Below are positions 18,805 through 28,033 of a DNA stretch of 64,000 nucleotides, one piece after another. The translations under genes and the position numbers were made by a program. Origin of the DNA: an uncultured Candidatus Saccharibacteria bacterium (GTDB lineage Bacteria > Patescibacteriota > Saccharimonadia > UBA4664 > CAZJNH01); contig CAYZIN010000003.1 of assembly GCA_964478595.1 (NCBI GenBank), forward strand, positions 1,357 through 65,356. Direction: 5' to 3'. The notes under the pieces were generated by a model that was given only the letters and a program-made list of their open reading frames with translations, did no database searches and was not told where the DNA came from. Within the stretch, counting starts at the first letter, position 1; each line of letters starts with the position of its first letter.

Positions 18805-20112
18805 CTAGATCGCGTTGTTTGCGATGATTCTGGCGTAGGACCAGGCGCTGGGCCTGATCGTCCGTTCAAGCGAATTGCGATCCACATGGATTAGGCCAAA
18901 TTCTGGCCAGAATCCCTTATCCCATTCGAAGTTATCGAGAAGGGACCAGTGGAAATATCCGCGCAGGTCGACGCCGTCTTGAATCGCCTTCAGGCACCAT
19001 TGCAGCGACTCGCGGAGGTAACGTTCGCGGTGAACGTCCCGGAAATCGGCCAGGCCGTGTTCCGTGATAATCACCGGCTTCCCGCGTGTCGCTTTGTGAT
19101 TCCGAAGTTGGATCAGCACTCGGTACAACCCTTCGGGGTACAACTCCCAGCCCAGGTCCGACCGCCACGCGTCCGGCTTTTGGCCGGCGAATGGCTGGCT
19201 CAGTTTGTAAACCTGGTGCATATAGTAATTCAGTCCGACAAAGTCTTGCCGATCCGAGGTTGCGCGGTGGAACGCCCACATACTGTGGTCCACAAACGCC
19301 TTGATGCCTTTGCTGATCGGATCACGGGCTGAGTCGTTGCAGCTTAGGTTGACCGCCGAGCTAACGACTGCGCCGGGCACGAGTTCGTGAATGATCTCGT
19401 AACTCCGGCGGTGGCACTCAACCAAGTTCCGGCTTACCTTGCGGAAGTTCCGGTAGCTGCCATTCTGCGGCGGCCACGGCGGAGTACCGATCGCGAACTT
19501 CGGGCCGTAGCTGAGCAGGGAGTAAACCTCTGGCTCATTCAGAACCAGCCAGTAGGTAACTCCCTCGCCCGCCAATGCCTGAACGGTGGTCCGTACATAC
19601 TCCTCGAACCGCCGCGCGGCGTTGTCGCCGAGCCAGGCGCCTTCCTGCTCAAACCAGAGCGGGTGACACCAGTGCCAGAGGCAAACGACCGGCTCGATAC
19701 CGCGAGCCTTGCACGCCCGGATGACCCTGCGATAATGCTCGATCTCGTCGGGCTCGATTAGGCCCGACACCGGCTCGATTCGCGACCATTCGATCGAGAA
19801 GCGGTAGGCCTTGAGACCCAGTTGCTTCGCGAGATCGAGATCGTCTTCGAACCGCTGGTAGTGCTCGCAGGCTCCCAAGGAGAGATAGTTGCCCGGGTCC
19901 TTGGCTTGCCGTTTGATCATAGGCCAGATCTCGGGCGGAACGCCACGGCCGTTGCCGTAGTCTTTGTTCTCGTCCGCGTCGTCTGCCAGTTGGTAGTTCT
20001 TCTCGAACTCATAAGCCGACCATTGATCGTTGCTGCCGCCCTCGACCTGATGGCCCGAGGTTGAAGCGCCCCAGAGGAAACCTTTGGTGAAACCGCCGGT
20101 GACCGGCTGCAT
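18805..20112 (-). CDS. Glycoside hydrolase family 1 (beta-glucosidase-like)
   Basis: FLWGASTSGHQVEG, YRFSIEWSRIEP, LNEP, ITEHG, WSLLDNFEW; SD GAAAGGA before the ATG at 20112. Confidence 0.95.
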   Translation of the reverse strand: MQPVTGGFTKGFLWGASTSGHQVEGGSNDQWSAYEFEKNYQLADDADENKDYGNGRGVPPEIWPMIKRQAKDPGNYLSLGACEHYQRFEDDLDLAKQLGLKAYRFSIEWSRIEPVSGLIEPDEIEHYRRVIRACKARGIEPVVCLWHWCHPLWFEQEGAWLGDNAARRFEEYVRTTVQALAGEGVTYWLVLNEPEVYSLLSYGPKFAIGTPPWPPQNGSYRNFRKVSRNLVECHRRSYEIIHELVPGAVVSSAVNLSCNDSARDPISKGIKAFVDHSMWAFHRATSDRQDFVGLNYYMHQVYKLSQPFAGQKPDAWRSDLGWELYPEGLYRVLIQLRNHKATRGKPVIITEHGLADFRDVHRERYLRESLQWCLKAIQDGVDLRGYFHWSLLDNFEWDKGFWPEFGLIHVDRNSLERTIRPSAWSYARIIANNAI

Positions 20113-20181
20113 TGCGAATCCTTTCGCTCGTAGGAACAATCAAGGCTTCCCGGAACAGCCGGAAAGCCGAAATAGGGCGTA

Positions 20182-20210
20182 ATTATACCTTAAGCGGCTT
20201 GGTTTGTCAA
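20182..20210 (-). promoter_or_regulatory. Perfect-consensus sigma70 promoter for the GH1 gene
   Basis: TTGACA-17-TATAAT on the minus strand. Confidence 0.85.
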
Positions 20211-20253
20211 TCTGTTGGGAGGAGGCCGGGAATTATGCTAATCTGGGTTGCAG

Positions 20254-21525
20254 ATGAGCTCGAAGTACCAAAGCGTGAGGGGGATGAACGATATTTTGCC
20301 TGGGGAGCAGGCAAAATTTGATCTGGTTTCGGCCACCTTCGAGAGTCTAGTTAACGCAGCCGGCTACGGCAAAATTGCCACCCCTATGCTAGAAGCCGCC
20401 GAATTATTCCATCGGACCGTTGGTGAAGAAACTGACATCATCTCGAAAGAGTTATACGAGTTTGAGGATAAATCGGGGAACAAAGTGGCTTTACGGCCCG
20501 AATCCACCGCTCCGGTAATGAGGGCATATCTGGAGCATGGGATGGGAAGCCTCCCTAAGCCGGTTAAGCTCTATTATATTGGGCCGATGTTTCGCTACGA
20601 ACGCCCACAGGCTGGCCGCAATCGACAACATTACCAGGTTGGCATTGAAGCGATTGGATATGACGCGCCGAGCCTGGACGCTCAGGTGATTATGTTGGCA
20701 CTACGGTTTTACCGACGTTTGGGCGTTGCCGGGGTTAGCCTTCAGATTAACAGCGTTGGAGATGAAAATTGCCGGCCAAAATACATCAAAACGTTGACCG
20801 AGTATCTGGAAGGCCACCGCAAGCAGCTGTGTGAAAATTGTAATAATCGACTAAAAACCAATCCGTTGAGGGTCTTAGACTGCAAGGATGAAGGTTGCCA
20901 GAAGATTCTAGACGGCGCGCCGCAAATGCTTAATTCGCTGTGCAAAGCTTGTCACGCTCACTTCAGGGGAGTTTTGGAGTATCTGGACGAGCTAAACGTA
21001 CCCTATGAGCTAAATCATCGCTTGGTGAGAGGGTTAGATTACTACAACCGCACCGTATTCGAGTTCTACGGGGCTCGCGAGGGGGCCCAAAGTAGCATTG
21101 GGGCGGGTGGCCGCTACGATGGGCTAGCTGAGCAGCTAGGAGGGCCGAAAACGCCCGGAATTGGCTTTGGGATAGGTATAGAAAGAGTTCTTCTGGAGCT
21201 TGAGGGTTCAGGAGCGGAACTGCCCGAAGCCGACCCACCCCAGGTTTATGTGGCATCGTTAGGGGAACCGGCCAGGATCGATGCCTTCAGGTTAATTGAA
21301 CAGCTTTTAGATAACGATATTTCGGCCGTTGGATCGGTCGAAAAAGATGGAATTGCCTCGCAACTCTCGAAAGCGAATAAGACCAAGGCCCCTTACGCAG
21401 TAATCATTGGCCAGAAGGAGGTTTTTGATAAGGTGGTGATAATTCGAGATATGAAAAACGGTGCCCAGGAGAGCGTTCCCAGAGCCAAAGTCCTATCTGA
21501 AATACAGGCTCGCCTCGATAGATAA
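20254..21525 (+). CDS. hisS: Histidine--tRNA ligase
   Basis: RGMNDILP, LRPEST, FRYERPQAGR, LVRGLDYY, GGRYDGL. Confidence 0.98.
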   Translation: MSSKYQSVRGMNDILPGEQAKFDLVSATFESLVNAAGYGKIATPMLEAAELFHRTVGEETDIISKELYEFEDKSGNKVALRPESTAPVMRAYLEHGMGSLPKPVKLYYIGPMFRYERPQAGRNRQHYQVGIEAIGYDAPSLDAQVIMLALRFYRRLGVAGVSLQINSVGDENCRPKYIKTLTEYLEGHRKQLCENCNNRLKTNPLRVLDCKDEGCQKILDGAPQMLNSLCKACHAHFRGVLEYLDELNVPYELNHRLVRGLDYYNRTVFEFYGAREGAQSSIGAGGRYDGLAEQLGGPKTPGIGFGIGIERVLLELEGSGAELPEADPPQVYVASLGEPARIDAFRLIEQLLDNDISAVGSVEKDGIASQLSKANKTKAPYAVIIGQKEVFDKVVIIRDMKNGAQESVPRAKVLSEIQARLDR

Positions 21526-21564
21526 AGAGACCCCCGCAGGGGTCCCTTCTGGGACGTACGAGGG

Positions 21565-21900
21565 TCAAAACTGGCGGCCCGGTGGGCCAACCAGGAAAAC
21601 CAGTTTCTGATCTGGTGTGATCTGGATATAGAGTGTTGTGTCGTCTGGCGTTCTGATGTTGGTCTCGATCGTGTTTGGGCGGAGCTTGAACATCGGCATG
21701 AACCTGGCTACATCGCTCATCTGTACCCCAAACCACTCGGTTAGAACTTCCAGTAGTTTCATCCCGTCGCCGTGTCTCCATTCGATCGACTCATAAAGAC
21801 CTAGGTCGCTAGGAGTAAGGGCTGTCAACTCGTCGTGAAGTTGCGAGATCAAGATAGCTGATTCGACCAGCTCGGTGAGTTCTTGCTTGTCAACGGGCAC
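21565..21900 (-). CDS. Hypothetical protein (accessory islet)
   Basis: GTG start with SD AAAGGAG, TATAAT upstream, terminator hairpin near 21527-21550. Confidence 0.7.
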   Translation of the reverse strand: MPVDKQELTELVESAILISQLHDELTALTPSDLGLYESIEWRHGDGMKLLEVLTEWFGVQMSDVARFMPMFKLRPNTIETNIRTPDDTTLYIQITPDQKLVFLVGPPGRQF

Positions 21901-21952
21901 AAATACTCCTTTTCTCGAAGGCCAGAGGATTATACCTGAAATATAAGATACG

Positions 21953-21974
21953 AAAAAGCCCCCGAGAGGGGGCT
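21953..21974 (-). terminator. Intrinsic terminator of the Rpf-like gene
   Basis: AGCCCCC-TCTC-GGGGGCT followed by a T-run on the minus strand. Confidence 0.8.
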
Positions 21975-21986
21975 AATTCGTTAGGG

Positions 21987-22553
21987 TTAGATCAACCCTA
22001 GTTTGCGAGCACAAGCAGGCCATGGGTACCAACCGCGAGCGGCTTGGGTAGCCTGGGCTTTGGCGTCCTGCACGGCAGGAGGAGCCTGGTCGGCGGTGGC
22101 ATAACCACCGTAACCACCCCAAGTACCGTAGTCGAACTGGTAGGCACCGTAAAAGCCGTTACCCGAGTTACGGGTATAGTCGCCGCCAGCCTCACAGAAG
22201 CGAAGCTGGGCCCAAACGTCGCCAGTATTGACGACAATCGGGGTTTTACGGGCAGTCTGGGCAGCCAAAGCGGCGGCCCGAGCAGCCTGTTCAGCGGCGG
22301 CTTTTTCGGCAGCTTGTTCCGCGCGCAAAGGCTTAACGACATCGTTTTCGAAGTCGGGTGCCTTGGTGTCGACGTGGAACGGGTCGGCCTGCTTAATGTC
22401 AAAGTTTATTTTCGGGACAGTAACTTGCTGATCGGCCTGAGCCTGAGCCGGCGTCACAGCGCTGATGGCTACCGGGACGGCAGCCAGGGGCGAGATCCCT
22501 GTCGGGTTGGCGAACGAAAGAATCGTTGCACCAACGGCTAGGAAACTACGCAT
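21987..22553 (-). CDS. Secreted resuscitation-promoting factor (Rpf)-like lytic transglycosylase
   Basis: Signal-like N-terminus, Ala-rich linker, WAQLRFCEAGG..NGFYGAYQF...W..WPAC. Confidence 0.9.
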   Translation of the reverse strand: MRSFLAVGATILSFANPTGISPLAAVPVAISAVTPAQAQADQQVTVPKINFDIKQADPFHVDTKAPDFENDVVKPLRAEQAAEKAAAEQAARAAALAAQTARKTPIVVNTGDVWAQLRFCEAGGDYTRNSGNGFYGAYQFDYGTWGGYGGYATADQAPPAVQDAKAQATQAARGWYPWPACARKLGLI

Positions 22554-22677
22554 TGTGAAAGATTCTCTCCTTCACCCTCTCGACATCTCTCTGGGCGGTT
22601 TTTGGGCCCACCCGTTTAAGTGAGAGAGGCAACAAAAAAGACCTGCCAGATGACAGACCTTCTAGTTACAAGGAGGT

Positions 22678-22769
22678 ATTCTAGCAGCATAAGCACTATT
22701 TGTCAACCCCTAAAAGTAAAAAACCACTCCTGTTGGATGATTGACAAAGCTGTCAGAACGGCTTAGAAT
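22678..22769. promoter_or_regulatory. Divergent sigma70 promoter pair
   Basis: TTGACA-17-TAGAAT on minus (22706-22678) and on plus (22741-22769). Confidence 0.8.
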
Positions 22770-22797
22770 GTCGCAATCCCCGAGCGAAGGAGGAGGT

Positions 22798-23022
22798 ATG
22801 CAGTCTCCCCAGGAGCTGGAGGCCCAGCGCCTGTCGCAGTCTCGACACCCAACCAACGGCCCGCTGATGAGGCTTGTTTCACCACCCCACCCGTTGATGT
22901 TCGATCCGCTGCTCGATCTCTCCGAGGAGGAATCGCAGCCGATCTCGCGTCAGCTAGACGAAGCGCATCGTTTGGCGGGGCCGGCTAGTGGTGGCTGGAG
23001 GTGGTGGCTACGGGAAAGGTAA
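22798..23022 (+). CDS. Hypothetical small protein (islet ORF1)
   Basis: ATG after AAGGAGGAGGT, downstream of the promoter. Confidence 0.65.
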   Translation: MQSPQELEAQRLSQSRHPTNGPLMRLVSPPHPLMFDPLLDLSEEESQPISRQLDEAHRLAGPASGGWRWWLRER

Positions 23023-23234
23023 TCAAGCACCCTCGGCGGCGTCACCCTGCAGCCAACCGGCTGACAGAGCGGGAGATCGAGCTTCTTAGCGAAAAGGAGC
23101 TAAAGGATCGACTGGCTCGGCATCTTCGATCCAGCGGCGTCGAAGAGCACGAGATTCAGATTGTCCTGGGTTCGGGCAAGGAATATTGCCAGGGCGTTCT
23201 GAAATCGATCATTCGTAAAGCGTCCGACGACTAG
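23001..23234 (+). CDS. Hypothetical small basic protein (islet ORF2)
   Basis: SD GGAGG at 22997-23001, start likely the GTG at 23004 or nearby; overlaps ORF1. Confidence 0.6.
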   Translation: MVATGKVIKHPRRRHPAANRLTEREIELLSEKELKDRLARHLRSSGVEEHEIQIVLGSGKEYCQGVLKSIIRKASDD

Positions 23235-23244
23235 GAGGGCAGGA

Positions 23245-23427
23245 TTGGCCAGGCCAGTTGACCTGACGAAGTTCTCGGAGCAGGACATCGCGCGGTTGAA
23301 CCGCAAAACGATGCTTAAGATGCTCCACAGCCTCGGGCAGCGGCGCAGTCTGCAGCGGCCTATCAAGCATCTTCGCCGCGACATCATGTTTCATCGCAGC
23401 CAACAGATAAACGGCAACGGCGCATAG
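23245..23427 (+). CDS. Hypothetical small basic protein (islet ORF3)
   Basis: TTG after AGGAGG; followed by a terminator. Confidence 0.6.
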   Translation: MARPVDLTKFSEQDIARLNRKTMLKMLHSLGQRRSLQRPIKHLRRDIMFHRSQQINGNGA

Positions 23428-23442
23428 CGCCAATAGCATTAA

Positions 23443-23480
23443 AGGGTCCGTCGGGAAACCGGCGGGCCCTGAAGTTTTTT
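23443..23480 (+). terminator. Intrinsic terminator
   Basis: AGGGTCCGTCGG-GAAA-CCGGCGGGCCCT followed by a T-rich tail. Confidence 0.75.
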
Positions 23481-23497
23481 GTGGGATAATTTCTGAT

Positions 23498-23836
23498 ATG
23501 GAAGATTGCTTATTTTGTAAAATCGCTAACCACCAGAAGGAGTCGCTCATCTGGGAAAACGACGATATTGCCGCGTTTTACGACCTTCATCCTCGGGCAC
23601 CGGTGCACGTTTTGATTGTGCCGAAACGGCATATTGAGCGGCTCTCTATGCTCGAGGATGAGAGGCTGGCAGGCAAGTTGTTGATGGCGGTTAAAGATGT
23701 GGCTAAGAAGCTGGACTTGGGGCCGTTCTATCGAGTAGGCATTGTCGGAAAAGATGTTCCTCACTTGCATATTCATCTGCTGGGTAAGGAAACGACCGAT
23801 GTAGCTCCAGAGGGCCCGCTGCCTGAGGGGCTGTGA
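23498..23836 (+). CDS. HIT family protein (HINT-like)
   Basis: DCLFCKI, PVHVLIVPKRH, HLHIH. Confidence 0.92.
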   Translation: MEDCLFCKIANHQKESLIWENDDIAAFYDLHPRAPVHVLIVPKRHIERLSMLEDERLAGKLLMAVKDVAKKLDLGPFYRVGIVGKDVPHLHIHLLGKETTDVAPEGPLPEGL

Positions 23837-23877
23837 GACTTGAACCCAGGTTGGCTATCCTGTAAAATGGTCAAGTT

Positions 23878-24087
23878 ATGCTTCAAGTAACTCGTAAAGA
23901 CGACAAAGAATCACTCGAGAACCTGCTGCGCCGCTTTAACAAAAAAGTGCAGCTGGCGGGAGTTTTGGGTGTGGCTCGTCGGAAGCAATATTTTGAGAAG
24001 CCGCTTTCAAAGCGTGAAGCCCGTGAAATTGCCATTCGTAAAAAGATCCGCAAAGACGCTCGCGCCAAACAATTTATCTACAAATAA
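23878..24087 (+). CDS. rpsU: 30S ribosomal protein S21
   Basis: ESLENLLRRF, YFEKP; located between HIT and yqeY. Confidence 0.9.
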   Translation: MLQVTRKDDKESLENLLRRFNKKVQLAGVLGVARRKQYFEKPLSKREAREIAIRKKIRKDARAKQFIYK

Positions 24088-24527
24088 TGATTGAAAAGAT
24101 CGAAGCCGATCTGAAAGCTGCCATGCAAGCCGGTGAAACGGACAAAGTGGCTGTTTTGCGTTTGCTTAAGAGCGCGCTACATAATCAGAAAATCAACTTA
24201 GGGCATGATTTGAGTGATGCGGAAGCAATCGCTGCCCTGGAAAAAGAAGCCAAACAGCGCAAAGACTCGATTGAAGCTTATGAAAAAGCCAACCGACAGG
24301 ATTTGGCTGACCCTGAAAAGGCTGAGTTGAAAGTAATTGAAGATTATTTACCAGAAAAGATGAGCGAGGGTGACTTGAGTAAAATTATTGACGAGGTGAT
24401 TGCCGAAACGGGAGCCGACTCGGCCGCTCAAATGGGCCAGGTGATCGGCAAAGTTCGTGAAAAAACGGCTGGTCAGGCTGATGGTGCAATGATCGCCAGT
24501 TTAGTGCGGCAAAAACTAAATGCTTAA
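24087..24527 (+). CDS. GatB/YqeY domain protein
   Basis: DLKAAM, KQRKDSIEAY, YLPEKMSE, MGQVIG, GQADG. Confidence 0.93.
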   Translation: MIEKIEADLKAAMQAGETDKVAVLRLLKSALHNQKINLGHDLSDAEAIAALEKEAKQRKDSIEAYEKANRQDLADPEKAELKVIEDYLPEKMSEGDLSKIIDEVIAETGADSAAQMGQVIGKVREKTAGQADGAMIASLVRQKLNA

Positions 24528-24548
24528 GGCTTCAGCCAATTTAGCCTA

Positions 24549-25004
24549 ATGCCTGAAATTAAAGTTAATCCGTTTGGGGGAGACTTTCCGGAGGGCTTTA
24601 ATTTGACCGTTATCGACCGAGTGACGGTTTTTTTGAATGAAATGAAGGATTTACCGAGCAAAAAGGGCAGTGTTAATTTAAAGCTGGTTTCTGACACCGA
24701 AATTAGAGAGCTAAACAAGGAATTTGCCAACATAGACGCCCCGACCGATGTTTTGAGTTTTCCCTATAGCGGGCATGGTGAGGAGATGGGCGATGTTGCC
24801 ATTAGCGTTGAAACGGCGCAGCGGCAGGCGGAGGCGGCGGGGGTAAGCTTGACCGACGAACTAGCGACACTGCTGGTTCACGGATTGTTGCATATTTTAG
24901 GGCTTGATCATAAAACACCCAAGGAGCAAGCTTTAATGGAGCAGTATCAGGCTAAAATCCTAAAGGACGCCGGACTGACTTACCGGAAGTTTAAATGGCA
25001 GTAA
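24549..25004 (+). CDS. ybeY: rRNA maturation RNase YbeY
   Basis: PTDVLSFP, GDVAIS, HGLLHILGLDH. Confidence 0.96.
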   Translation: MPEIKVNPFGGDFPEGFNLTVIDRVTVFLNEMKDLPSKKGSVNLKLVSDTEIRELNKEFANIDAPTDVLSFPYSGHGEEMGDVAISVETAQRQAEAAGVSLTDELATLLVHGLLHILGLDHKTPKEQALMEQYQAKILKDAGLTYRKFKWQ

Positions 25005-25378
25005 AAAAGGAACATTACAGTTTAATTCGAGCGGTTCGCTATGCCCTGGCCGGTTTGCGCTATATTTTGGGGCACGAGCTAAACGCGCGTATTCATTTAG
25101 CGGTAGCGATTTTGGTGCTACTGGCTGGAGTTTTGCTGGGCCTGACCAACACCGAACTGGCGGCAATTTTCTTTGCAGTGCTACTGGTGTTTTTAGCCGA
25201 AATTTTGAACAGTGCAATCGAGAAGATTTTGGATTTGGTTAAACCAGAACATTCACCCGAGGTGAAGTTGGTGAAGGATATGGCGGCCGGAGCGGTGCTG
25301 GTGGCGTCGGTAGGATCGTTTCTTTTGGGGGTAGCGATTTTCTTCCCGGTAATTTTGGAGAAGTTATGGGCCCGGTAA
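24995..25378 (+). CDS. dgkA: Diacylglycerol/undecaprenol kinase
   Basis: E.NARIH, EILNSAIE, KDMAAGAV. Confidence 0.92.
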   Translation: MAVKKEHYSLIRAVRYALAGLRYILGHELNARIHLAVAILVLLAGVLLGLTNTELAAIFFAVLLVFLAEILNSAIEKILDLVKPEHSPEVKLVKDMAAGAVLVASVGSFLLGVAIFFPVILEKLWAR

Positions 25379-25902
25379 TAATTCTGATGGGGCCACCAGG
25401 TGCCGGCAAGGGGACGCAGTCGGACATTTTAGCTAAGCGGATTGGTGGCGTTCACCTTTCAAGCGGTGACCTATTGCGTTCGACTAGAGACGAACGACTA
25501 AGGCACATCATGGTAACCGGTGGCCTAGTGCCGTCGGAGGATGTTTGTCGATTGGTGGGTGAGGCCATAAAAGAAGTGCCAAGCGACAAACCGATTGTGC
25601 TCGATGCGTTTACTCGGATGAAGCCGGAAGCAGAGTGGTTACAGGATTATTTGCTAAAGGTGAATCGCAAATTGAAAAAAGTCATTTTGCTTGATGTTGG
25701 GATCGATGAGGCGGTTAACCGTAATAGCCTGCGTAAGCGGGAGGATGATGACATTGAGGCTCAGAAAAAACGCTGGCGTCTTTACAGCCAAGAAACCGGG
25801 CCGGTGTTTGATTATTATCGTAACCTTGGGATTTTAACCGAAATTGATGGAGTTGGCTCCGTTGAAGAAGTGTCTAAACGGATCGAGGCCGCTCTTGAAT
25901 AA
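25366..25902 (+). CDS. adk: Adenylate kinase (short, reduced LID)
   Basis: GPPGAGKGTQ, SSGDLLR, GGLVP, REDD. Confidence 0.9.
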   Translation: MGPVIILMGPPGAGKGTQSDILAKRIGGVHLSSGDLLRSTRDERLRHIMVTGGLVPSEDVCRLVGEAIKEVPSDKPIVLDAFTRMKPEAEWLQDYLLKVNRKLKKVILLDVGIDEAVNRNSLRKREDDDIEAQKKRWRLYSQETGPVFDYYRNLGILTEIDGVGSVEEVSKRIEAALE

Positions 25903-26641
25903 TCTGGTTAAAACGCCGGCTGAAATCGAGAATATGAGAAAATCAGGCAAGATTTTGGGCGAGATTTTACGGGTGCTTTCAAAAGCGATCAAAGCGGGTA
26001 TGAAGACAAAGGAACTGGATGATTTGGCTAGTTCGGAACTAAAAAAACACGATGCCGAGGCAGCATTTTTGGGTTACCAGGGTTTTCCAGCGTCACTGTG
26101 CGTTTCGATCAATGAGGAAATCGTCCACGGGATTCCCGGGGAACGAGTTTTGGGGGAAGGCGATATTGTTGGGCTGGATTTTGGGGTGAAATATAAGGGA
26201 ATGATTACCGACGGAGCGGTGACGGTGGGGGTGGGTGAAGTTTCGCATCCTGCCAGGCAGCTGCTAGAAGATACTCACGATGCGCTGTATGACGCAATTG
26301 CAGTGATCAAACCAGGGATAATGATTGGTGATGTTTCTTACGCCATCGAAGAAACCCTAACCTCTACTGGGCTTAGTGTGGTGGAAGGTCTTAGCGGGCA
26401 CGGTGTTGGCCGCGAGCTGCATGAAGACCCAGAGGTGCCAAACTTTGGCCGGCCAGGCACTGGACCGAAGCTCCAAGCTGGCATGACAATTGCAGTAGAG
26501 CCGATGGCCTCAACCGGTAAAGGGAAAATTAAAATTGCCGATGATGGCTGGACCGTTGAGACCGCGGACGGTTCGTTGGCGGCTCAATTTGAGCACACGG
26601 TGCTGGTGACGGAGTCTGGCTGCGAAATCCTGACCAACTGA
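25895..26641 (+). CDS. map: Methionine aminopeptidase type I
   Basis: CVSINEEIVHGIP, GHGVG..LHEDP, VEPM, AQFEHT; start uncertain. Confidence 0.96.
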   Translation: MNNLVKTPAEIENMRKSGKILGEILRVLSKAIKAGMKTKELDDLASSELKKHDAEAAFLGYQGFPASLCVSINEEIVHGIPGERVLGEGDIVGLDFGVKYKGMITDGAVTVGVGEVSHPARQLLEDTHDALYDAIAVIKPGIMIGDVSYAIEETLTSTGLSVVEGLSGHGVGRELHEDPEVPNFGRPGTGPKLQAGMTIAVEPMASTGKGKIKIADDGWTVETADGSLAAQFEHTVLVTESGCEILTN

Positions 26642-26660
26642 TATATACTAAGCTGCAGAT

Positions 26661-27890
26661 ATGGCAAAGACACAAACTCAAGTTAACTACATTGGACTAG
26701 ATATCGGCTCGAGCAAAGTGGCTTGCGTGGTTGGCGTTTCAGAAGAGGGCGCAGCTACCCCTAGTATAATCGGGGTTGGTGTGGCGCCTAGCGTGGGGAT
26801 GAGAAAAGGGATTGTGGTTGATGTTGAGGAAACGGTTAGCGCCATAACCGCGGCGGTTGATGAAGCCGAGAGGATTTCGGGTGTGGTTATCGACCGCGCT
26901 ACGATTAGTGTGGACGGCGCTCATATTACCAGCCAAAACTCTAAGGGGGTGATTGCGGTGGGGCGGGCAGATCAGGAAATTAGCCTTGATGACCTGCGGC
27001 GGGCTGAAGAGGCCGCTACGGCTGTAAACTTGCCTCAAAATCGGGAGATTTTACAGGTTTTTCCCCGCAGTTACACCGTTGATGACCAAACCGGTATTCA
27101 CGATCCCGTTGGGATGCGAGGGGTTCGTCTAGAAGTAGATACCCATATTGTAACGGGCTCGACTCCAGCCATGAAAAATCTACACCGAGCCGTTTATCAG
27201 GCGGGAATCGATATTGCCGGCCAAACACTCGTTCCGATTGCCTCGGCCAAGGCGGTTCTTTCCAAGCGGCAGCGTGAAATTGGCGTTGCACTGGTAGACA
27301 TCGGTGGCGGCACCACGGGGGTAGCGGTATTTGAAGAAGGAGATATTGCCAGCTCAGTCATTTTACCGGTCGGAGCCGGACACATTACCTCCGATATTGC
27401 TATCGGTTTAAGAACCTCAATCGAAACCGCCGAAAAAATTAAGATCAAATACGCCGATGCCACCAAGACTTCTGATAAAGAAAAAATTCGAGTGGAAGAA
27501 CTAGACGGTGAAGATTCAATCCTGACTCGCAGGGAGTTGTCCAACATTGTAAATGCACGGTTGGGTGAGATCTTTGATTTGGTTAGGGCGGAGCTGAAAA
27601 AGATCGGTAAGGATGCCCTCTTGCCGGGCGGAATGGTTCTGACTGGGGGCGGTGCGAAGCTAAAGGGTATTGAAGAATTCGCTAAAGACGCACTGAAATT
27701 GCCGGTTACAATCGGCAAAGTCGATGGTCTTTCGGGCATTGCCGAAAAAGTCAGCGGCCCGGGCTATACGGCGGTGATTGGGCTGATGCTTGAAAACATG
27801 ACGGCCACGACGATTTCGGGTGCACCGGCCGCTAAAATTAGCCACACCGTTGACCGTATAAAACAGACTTTACGTAACTTGCTTCCCTGA
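26661..27890 (+). CDS. ftsA: Cell division protein FtsA
   Basis: GLDIGSSK, PVGMRGVRLE, DIGGGTT, VLTGGGA. Confidence 0.97.
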   Translation: MAKTQTQVNYIGLDIGSSKVACVVGVSEEGAATPSIIGVGVAPSVGMRKGIVVDVEETVSAITAAVDEAERISGVVIDRATISVDGAHITSQNSKGVIAVGRADQEISLDDLRRAEEAATAVNLPQNREILQVFPRSYTVDDQTGIHDPVGMRGVRLEVDTHIVTGSTPAMKNLHRAVYQAGIDIAGQTLVPIASAKAVLSKRQREIGVALVDIGGGTTGVAVFEEGDIASSVILPVGAGHITSDIAIGLRTSIETAEKIKIKYADATKTSDKEKIRVEELDGEDSILTRRELSNIVNARLGEIFDLVRAELKKIGKDALLPGGMVLTGGGAKLKGIEEFAKDALKLPVTIGKVDGLSGIAEKVSGPGYTAVIGLMLENMTATTISGAPAAKISHTVDRIKQTLRNLLP

Positions 27891-27957
27891 TACAAATCAT
27901 CGTTTTAGAACAAATTATTTGTTCGGAATTTCTCCCACTTTCAGCCGAGTAAAAAAT

Positions 27958-27986
27958 TTGCATTAAAAAATTTGTATGCCTATACT
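27958..27986 (+). promoter_or_regulatory. ftsZ promoter
   Basis: TTGCAT-17-TATACT; SD AAGGAG downstream. Confidence 0.7.
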
Positions 27987-28033
27987 GCAGGTTGTATCCG
28001 TAATTCGGATTTGCTAAGGAGATTACAGGTTAT

